Part shown: positions 58,982 through 63,829 of the stretch, piece after piece | Layout: each line of letters begins with the position of its first letter | How positions within the stretch are numbered: position 1 is the stretch's first letter | NCBI GenBank assembly: GCA_036273915.1 | Contig: DASUGR010000015.1 | Span: 1-63,829, forward strand | Direction of reading: 5' to 3' | Length of the DNA stretch: 63,829 bases | Origin: Planctomycetota bacterium | GTDB taxonomy: Bacteria; Planctomycetota; PLA2 | Position numbers and translations under genes: made by a program | The notes under the pieces: generated by a model | What the model saw: the letters and a program-made list of their open reading frames with translations, nothing else | What the model was told of the DNA's origin: nothing | The model's database searches: none

Positions 58982-61099
58982 ATGCCCCCCGTGCGGAAGG
59001 CGGTCGGGCTCCTCGTCCTCGCGACGCTCGCGAGGGGGGGCGGCGATCCCGAGGCCTTCGCGAAGGGCCTCGCCGGCATCCGAGACCTCCTCGCCGACGG
59101 CAAGTGCGCGCGCGCCCAGAAGGTGCTCGACGACCTCCTCCAGGAACACGCGAAGGCGCCCTACGCGGTCGGCCGGCGCGTCGAGATCGAGGAGATGGCG
59201 AAGCAGATCGTCTTCGGGACCACGGTCGAGCCGCCCGACCCGAAGAAGCTGGTTTCCGGCAACCTCGAGCAGTACGACGCGCGGACGGGCACGCTGCGCA
59301 TCCGCTACACGCCGTCCACGATGAAGGACTGGACCTTGGTGAAGCACCTGTGGGTCCACCCCGCGACCTTCAACGGCTCCCACTCGATCACGATCAAGGG
59401 GGAGGAGAACGCGAGCAGCGGGATGATCCTCGTCTGTCTCAACAACCAGGAGGGGATGATCGCCCACCTCTGCAGAGGCGCGGAGGAGCGGGCTTCGATC
59501 TCGCGCATCTATCCTGAGGGAATGGCCATGCTGGCGAGCGCGCCGTCGACCTTCGCGGAGGGCGCGAGCTACACGGCGAAGGTCTCTGTCAACCGCACGT
59601 CGGTCCAGCTCCTCTCCGGCGGCCGCGCCCTCGTGCGCGCGCCGAAGAAGGCCGACGAGTGGGGCATGCTCGCGGTCAGCGCGTTCAAGTTCGAGGAGAT
59701 CCTGATCGCCGGGAAGGCGGAGCCCTCGTGGATCCAGGGGCTCGTCGACGCCGAACGCCAACGCCTCCTCGCGGAGTTCGGGAAGAGGTGGGACCCGAAG
59801 GGCCACCTGCCCCCCTGGCTCTACGGGGCGCCCGCCGCCGCGCCGGCGCTCGCGCTCGCGCGGCCGGACGCTCGCGAGTGGCCTGTTCTCCTCGATGCCG
59901 AGGCGGGTGCGATCGTCGACCGGGTCGTCGCGCTGAGCGGGAAGGGCGAGGCGGCCGCTGCGCTCCGGCTCCTCGCCGAGTCGCGGACCGAGGCCATCCC
60001 CGCCGCCTCCCTGCACTACCTCCGCGGGCTGCTTCTCGAGCAGCTGGGGCATCACGAGGAGGCGATCGCCGCGTGCCGTGCGGTGAGGGAGGCCGAGCCT
60101 GACTTCGCCCCCGTCGTCCCGATCGAGGCGAGCGCGCTCTTCGCGCTCGGCCGCGCGGAGGAGGCGATCGTCCTCTACCGCGCGTTGCTCGGGCGCTTCC
60201 CCGGAAGCCCCGAGCTGCACGCGCAGGCCGCCCTCTTCCTCGGCGCGGCCGGCAAGTGGGACGAGGCCGAGATGATGCTGCGCGGCGCCGCGCGCGCCGG
60301 CGTCACGTCCGACGAGCTCGACGTCGTGGGCCGGCAGGTGCACAAGGCGCTGCACGGCCCCGCGTGGCAGCGCCGGCACGACTACCAGACGTCGCACTAT
60401 CTCGTGCTCTCCGACATGGACCCGAAGGTCTGTTTTGAGGCGTCGCAGATCCTCGAACAGGCGTATGCCGTCTTCGTCTCGCGCCTTGAGCGCGCGCCCT
60501 CGACGACGGAGCGGTTCAGGGTGTTCCTCTTCTCGGGCCAGGCCGGCTACCAGGACCACGTCAAGGACCTGTTCGGATCGACGGCGCCCCACACAGCGGG
60601 GCTCTACGCGCCGCCGCTGCGCCAGCTCTTCATCTGGAACCTCCCCGAGCGGGAGGACATGATGCGGACCGTCCGGCACGAGGGGTTCCACCAGTACCTC
60701 CACCGGATCATGGACGACCCCCCGCTCTGGTTCAACGAGGGGCTCGCGGAGTACTTCGAGGAGGCGAGGGTCGTCCGCGGCGTCTGGACGACGGGGGATC
60801 CGCGCCACGACCACCTCGCGCTGCTGGTCGCCCCCCAGCCCCTGAAGGACTTCCTGTTCCTCGACCGCGGCGCGTTCATGCGGCGCGCGTTCGTGAACTA
60901 CGCGCAGGCCTGGGCGTTCATCCACTTCCTCCTCCACTCGACCCGGGAGAACCGCCAGTTGTTCGACCGCTTCTGGGACTCCTTCAAGCGGATCCCGTCG
61001 AACGCCGACGCCATCCGCGACGCGCTCGGCGATCGCCCGATCGACTCTGTCGACGGGGAGTTCCGGGTGCACGTGGAGGCTTTGCGGAGGCTCCGGTAG
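58982..61099 (+). CDS. Secreted TPR-containing protein with a C-terminal DUF1570-like HExxH (putative metallopeptidase) domain
   Basis: ORF track, 705 aa, with a signal-like N-terminus VRKAVGLLVLATLARG. TPR-like helices occupy the middle. The C-terminus reads VRHEGFHQYLH...WFNEGLAEYFE, resembling DUF1570 and MA-clan peptidases. Confidence 0.75.
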   Translation: MPPVRKAVGLLVLATLARGGGDPEAFAKGLAGIRDLLADGKCARAQKVLDDLLQEHAKAPYAVGRRVEIEEMAKQIVFGTTVEPPDPKKLVSGNLEQYDARTGTLRIRYTPSTMKDWTLVKHLWVHPATFNGSHSITIKGEENASSGMILVCLNNQEGMIAHLCRGAEERASISRIYPEGMAMLASAPSTFAEGASYTAKVSVNRTSVQLLSGGRALVRAPKKADEWGMLAVSAFKFEEILIAGKAEPSWIQGLVDAERQRLLAEFGKRWDPKGHLPPWLYGAPAAAPALALARPDAREWPVLLDAEAGAIVDRVVALSGKGEAAAALRLLAESRTEAIPAASLHYLRGLLLEQLGHHEEAIAACRAVREAEPDFAPVVPIEASALFALGRAEEAIVLYRALLGRFPGSPELHAQAALFLGAAGKWDEAEMMLRGAARAGVTSDELDVVGRQVHKALHGPAWQRRHDYQTSHYLVLSDMDPKVCFEASQILEQAYAVFVSRLERAPSTTERFRVFLFSGQAGYQDHVKDLFGSTAPHTAGLYAPPLRQLFIWNLPEREDMMRTVRHEGFHQYLHRIMDDPPLWFNEGLAEYFEEARVVRGVWTTGDPRHDHLALLVAPQPLKDFLFLDRGAFMRRAFVNYAQAWAFIHFLLHSTRENRQLFDRFWDSFKRIPSNADAIRDALGDRPIDSVDGEFRVHVEALRRLR

Positions 61100-61120
61100 G
61101 CTCCGCGCCCGGGAGCCGGG

Positions 61121-61133
61121 GGGGGTCCGGGGG
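61121..61133 (+). repeat. Exact copy of GGGGGTCCGGGGG in a convergent spacer (within a longer G8-TCC-G5 element starting at 61118)
   Basis: Read directly, between the stops at 61099 and 61153. Confidence 0.9.
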
Positions 61134-61152
61134 CGCGCATCGGATGACCACG

Positions 61153-63829
61153 CTACTTCGCGGGCTGCGGCTGGTTCTTCTCGAGCACGATCGACACGCC
61201 GTCGGCGCCCGCGGCGGCCTGGACCGTTGCGGGCTTGTACTCGTTGCCGGGGACCCAGACCTGGAGCGTCACGGTCGCGCCCGTCGGCAGGCCGCGCAGC
61301 TCGAAGCTCCCGTCGTCGCCGACCATCGCGCCCGAGATCCACTGGTTCTCGCCGAGGCGTGCGTTGACGTACACGCGCTGGCCCGCCTGCAGCGTGATCG
61401 GCCGGCCCGACGCGTCGGTCACGCGGCCGCGGATCGTCAGCGCGCGCTCGTAGCGGAGCGTCTGCGGCGGCATCCCGGTCCGGACCAGAGTCTGCGGCAG
61501 CACCTCGTCCTTCTGCTGCTGCGCCTGGAGGAGGTACTCGCCGGGGAGCAGCGACCCGAAGCGGAACTTCCCCTCGCCGTCGGTCACGGCGCTGTTCATG
61601 CTCCAGCCGCCGAGGTAGTTCCACGCCTGGCCGCCCCGCTGCTGCCAGTCCCGGATCTTGTCCTGCGTCTCCTTGCTCGTGGGCTGCACCGAGACCCAGA
61701 GCCGCGGCCCCGGCGTCCCGTCCGCCTTGAGCAGCTTGCCCTCGATCACCTCGCCCGCGGAGAGGCGGATGGTCGCCGGCGCCCCGCCCGCGACCGCGCG
61801 CTGCGACCCCGGCGTGTAGCCCGCCGCGATCGCCATCACCTCGACCTCCCCGTCGCCGACGCCCTTGATCTCGAACTCGCCGCGCCCGTTCGTCGTCGCC
61901 GACGGCGCGGACTGCTGCCCCGCCTGCTGGTAGGGCTGCCCTCCCTGCGCGGGCTTTTGCGGCTTCACCTCGAGCGGCATCGCGATCACGCCCGCGCCGG
62001 GCACGGGCCTCCCGCGCTCGTCCTCGACCTTCCCCCGGAGCCCCTTTCCTTCCGTCACGACGATCCTGAGATCCTCGGTGCCGGCCGCGACGGCCTCGAC
62101 GCGCTTCTTCTCGAAGCCGGTGCCCTGGTTCCAGTACTGCTGCGTGTTGGGCTCGACCTCCACGGCGTAGGAGCCCGCGGCGATCTGCCCGATCCGGAAC
62201 CGCCCGTTCGACTGCGTCTGGCCCCGCTGCGGCTGCTCGCCGCGCTCCTTCGGGATGATCACCGAGACCTGCGCGTTCGCGACGGGGCTCCCGCTCTCGG
62301 TCACGACGACGCCCGCGATCGCGAGCGCCGGCTCGATCACGATCTTCACGCCCTCCGCGCCGGCTCGCACCTCCTGGCTCTCGACCTTGCCCTCCGGGTG
62401 GTAGGCGAAGATCACGTACACGCCGTCGCCGACGCCGGAGATCTCGAAGCTCCCGTCGAAGCCGGAGTAGGTCGTCTGCGAGGCGCGCGTCTCGAGCGTC
62501 GGCTGCCCCTGCTGCTTCTGCTCCGTCTTCGGCGCGAGCGTGACCGGAGCGTTGATCGCCGGTCCGCCGCTCGCGAACTCGACGCGGCCGCGCACGAAGC
62601 CGCCCTGCGCGAGCACGAGCCGGAGGTCCGGCGACGGCATGCCCTCCTTCGGCAGGTCGAACGGGTCGCCGATCGAGACCGAGAACCCCTGCTTCACCGC
62701 GACCGCCACGAACTTCTGGCTCGCCCAGTAGTCGCCGGTCCAGTTGCCGGCGGAAGCGCTGAAGCGGCCCTGCTCGTCGGTCGTCGCGCCGCCCCACGCG
62801 CTGCCCCGCGTGTACTGCTGGAGCTGCTGCTCGAGCTGGTTCTGCGGGAGGAGATAGACGCGGGCGCGCGCCACCGGGTTGCCCTTCTCGTCCTCGACGA
62901 CGCCGGTGACGCCCTGCTTCTTGGCGTCGAGGTCGACCTCCGCGATCTTGCCCGCCTCGATGCGGAACGGGTCCGACTTCGCCTGCGGGTTGTTCGACTG
63001 GAGGACGGTGTCCTCCATCGGCGGCACGTTGGTCAGCTCGAACGCGCCGAGGTCGTCCACGATGCCGTTGACCCAGTTCGTGCCGACCTGGAGGTAGACG
63101 TTCGGCCGCTGGTACGGCTCCGGTTCCCCCACGCCGAGGATCCGCCCCCGGACCCCCCCCGTGGCCAGGAGCTCGAGGCGCTGCTCGGGCACCGCGGTCT
63201 CGCCGTCCACGAAGAAGTCGATCGTGACGGGCTGGTTCCCCTGCGCGTACCGCGTCGCGAGCCGCGCGCCGTTCTCGCCCTTCGCCTCGAGCGCGTACGT
63301 TCCCTCCGTCACGAAGGCGAACTCGAAGCGGCCGGCGTCGTCCGTCCGCACGGCGTCGACGTCGGACATCCCGCGCCACTGGCGCTGCATCCGGAGCAGC
63401 GCGATGCTCGCGCCCTTCGCCGGCTCCTGCGTGTCCGCGTAGACCGCGATGCCGCGCACCGCGATGCCCTTCGGGAGCCTGATGTCGTACCGGATCTCCT
63501 TGCCGGTCTCGACGAGCGCCGTCGGGAGGTCGAACGTGTCCGGGCCCGCGACCTGGCGCCCGCACTGCGGGTGCTCGACGGCGGCGGTCTGCACGCCGCC
63601 GGGGTAGACCTCGAGCCGGTACGCGCCGTTCTCGTCCGCCTCGCCCTTCGCGACGCCGCCGATGCCGCCGCGCTCCCATGCGCTGGTCGAGACCATGACG
63701 CGCGCGCCCGCGAGGGGCGCGCCGCCGGCGTCGACGACCGTGCCGAGGATGATCCCCGCCGGCCGCAGCTCCAGGCGCACGAACTTCTGCGCGGGCACCT
63801 GGGCCCAATGGCGCGCCTCCGGGTAGCCC
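61153..63829 (-). CDS. Very large CarboxypepD_reg-like beta-sandwich repeat protein. The 5' end runs off the window.
   Basis: The ORF track lists 61153..63798, but the frame stays open to the window edge (GYPEARHWAQ precedes the listed start). It has at least nine repeats of about 85-95 aa containing G-x-V/I-x-D, for example DENGAYRL, DDAGRFEF, DEQGRFSA, SNGRFRI, NGRGEFEI, DGEGKFRF and DDGSFEL. Confidence 0.85.
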   Translation of the reverse strand, partial: GYPEARHWAQVPAQKFVRLELRPAGIILGTVVDAGGAPLAGARVMVSTSAWERGGIGGVAKGEADENGAYRLEVYPGGVQTAAVEHPQCGRQVAGPDTFDLPTALVETGKEIRYDIRLPKGIAVRGIAVYADTQEPAKGASIALLRMQRQWRGMSDVDAVRTDDAGRFEFAFVTEGTYALEAKGENGARLATRYAQGNQPVTIDFFVDGETAVPEQRLELLATGGVRGRILGVGEPEPYQRPNVYLQVGTNWVNGIVDDLGAFELTNVPPMEDTVLQSNNPQAKSDPFRIEAGKIAEVDLDAKKQGVTGVVEDEKGNPVARARVYLLPQNQLEQQLQQYTRGSAWGGATTDEQGRFSASAGNWTGDYWASQKFVAVAVKQGFSVSIGDPFDLPKEGMPSPDLRLVLAQGGFVRGRVEFASGGPAINAPVTLAPKTEQKQQGQPTLETRASQTTYSGFDGSFEISGVGDGVYVIFAYHPEGKVESQEVRAGAEGVKIVIEPALAIAGVVVTESGSPVANAQVSVIIPKERGEQPQRGQTQSNGRFRIGQIAAGSYAVEVEPNTQQYWNQGTGFEKKRVEAVAAGTEDLRIVVTEGKGLRGKVEDERGRPVPGAGVIAMPLEVKPQKPAQGGQPYQQAGQQSAPSATTNGRGEFEIKGVGDGEVEVMAIAAGYTPGSQRAVAGGAPATIRLSAGEVIEGKLLKADGTPGPRLWVSVQPTSKETQDKIRDWQQRGGQAWNYLGGWSMNSAVTDGEGKFRFGSLLPGEYLLQAQQQKDEVLPQTLVRTGMPPQTLRYERALTIRGRVTDASGRPITLQAGQRVYVNARLGENQWISGAMVGDDGSFELRGLPTGATVTLQVWVPGNEYKPATVQAAAGADGVSIVLEKNQPQPAK
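63145..63157 (-). repeat. Reverse-complement copy (CCCCCGGACCCCC) of the 13-mer; the only exact copy inside a CDS
   Basis: Read directly; it encodes part of GGVRGRILG in the repeat protein. Confidence 0.85.

Noticed and set aside
58977-58991. A TAGAAT -10 box suggesting a leaderless GTG start for the DUF1570-like gene
   Set aside because: The hexamer overlaps the listed ATG. The only -35-like element, TTCGGA, is a poor match at 19-nt spacing. This is too speculative without a mapped transcription start.
58919-63808. A 1629-aa minus-strand ORF overlapping both the DUF1570-like gene and another frame of the repeat protein
   Set aside because: It has Arg/Gly/Ala-rich composition. It conflicts with the motif-bearing plus-strand gene at 58982..61099 and with the correct minus frame at 61153..63829.

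Overview
This is a high-GC (about 70% by eye), gene-dense bacterial chromosomal segment. I support about 56 protein-coding genes. I found no rRNA, tRNA, CRISPR array, transposase or integrase.

All functional calls come from reading the supplied translations for motifs; no alignment or HMM search was run. Where the true start lies inside a longer listed ORF, I computed the coordinate from that ORF's stop. Coordinates of non-coding features may be off by 1-2 nt.

Main content, left to right:
- A NasA/NarB-like molybdoenzyme (partial, missing from the ORF track) coupled to a NarI-like membrane subunit.
- A reverse-transsulfuration pair (CBS and cystathionine gamma-lyase) joined by ATGA overlaps to a methyltransferase and a lipoprotein aspartyl-protease/PDZ.
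- An OprO/P-type porin.
- Two Ser/Thr kinases, one with TPR repeats and one with a transmembrane segment plus GAF, the latter next to a PilZ gene.
- A sigma-54 activator and a LysR regulator.
- carB.
- Three tandem OprB-like porin paralogues, two of them apparently co-transcribed with a histidine phosphatase, a HEAT/VWA protein and a lipoprotein.
- A PduO-type adenosyltransferase.
- An aconitase-family enzyme with swapped domain order.
- An Hsp20 gene behind a textbook sigma-54 promoter.
- An aldehyde dehydrogenase.
- A DUF433/DUF5615-like toxin-antitoxin pair.

The most unusual content is two paralogous single polypeptides. Each joins an ECF sigma factor to one transmembrane helix and a 700-850 aa array of CarboxypepD_reg-like beta-sandwiches. 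Each is transcribed divergently from secreted, lipoprotein or peptidase genes.

Other items worth follow-up:
- A recurrent, strand-biased intergenic G-run motif with core GGGGGTCCGGGGG.
- A signal peptide separated from its protein by a single in-frame TGA.
- A low-GC spacer upstream of the third porin.

The gene families (DUF1570-like, pseudopilin-like module, this ECF type) suggest a Planctomycetota- or Myxococcota-like organism. That is inference only.
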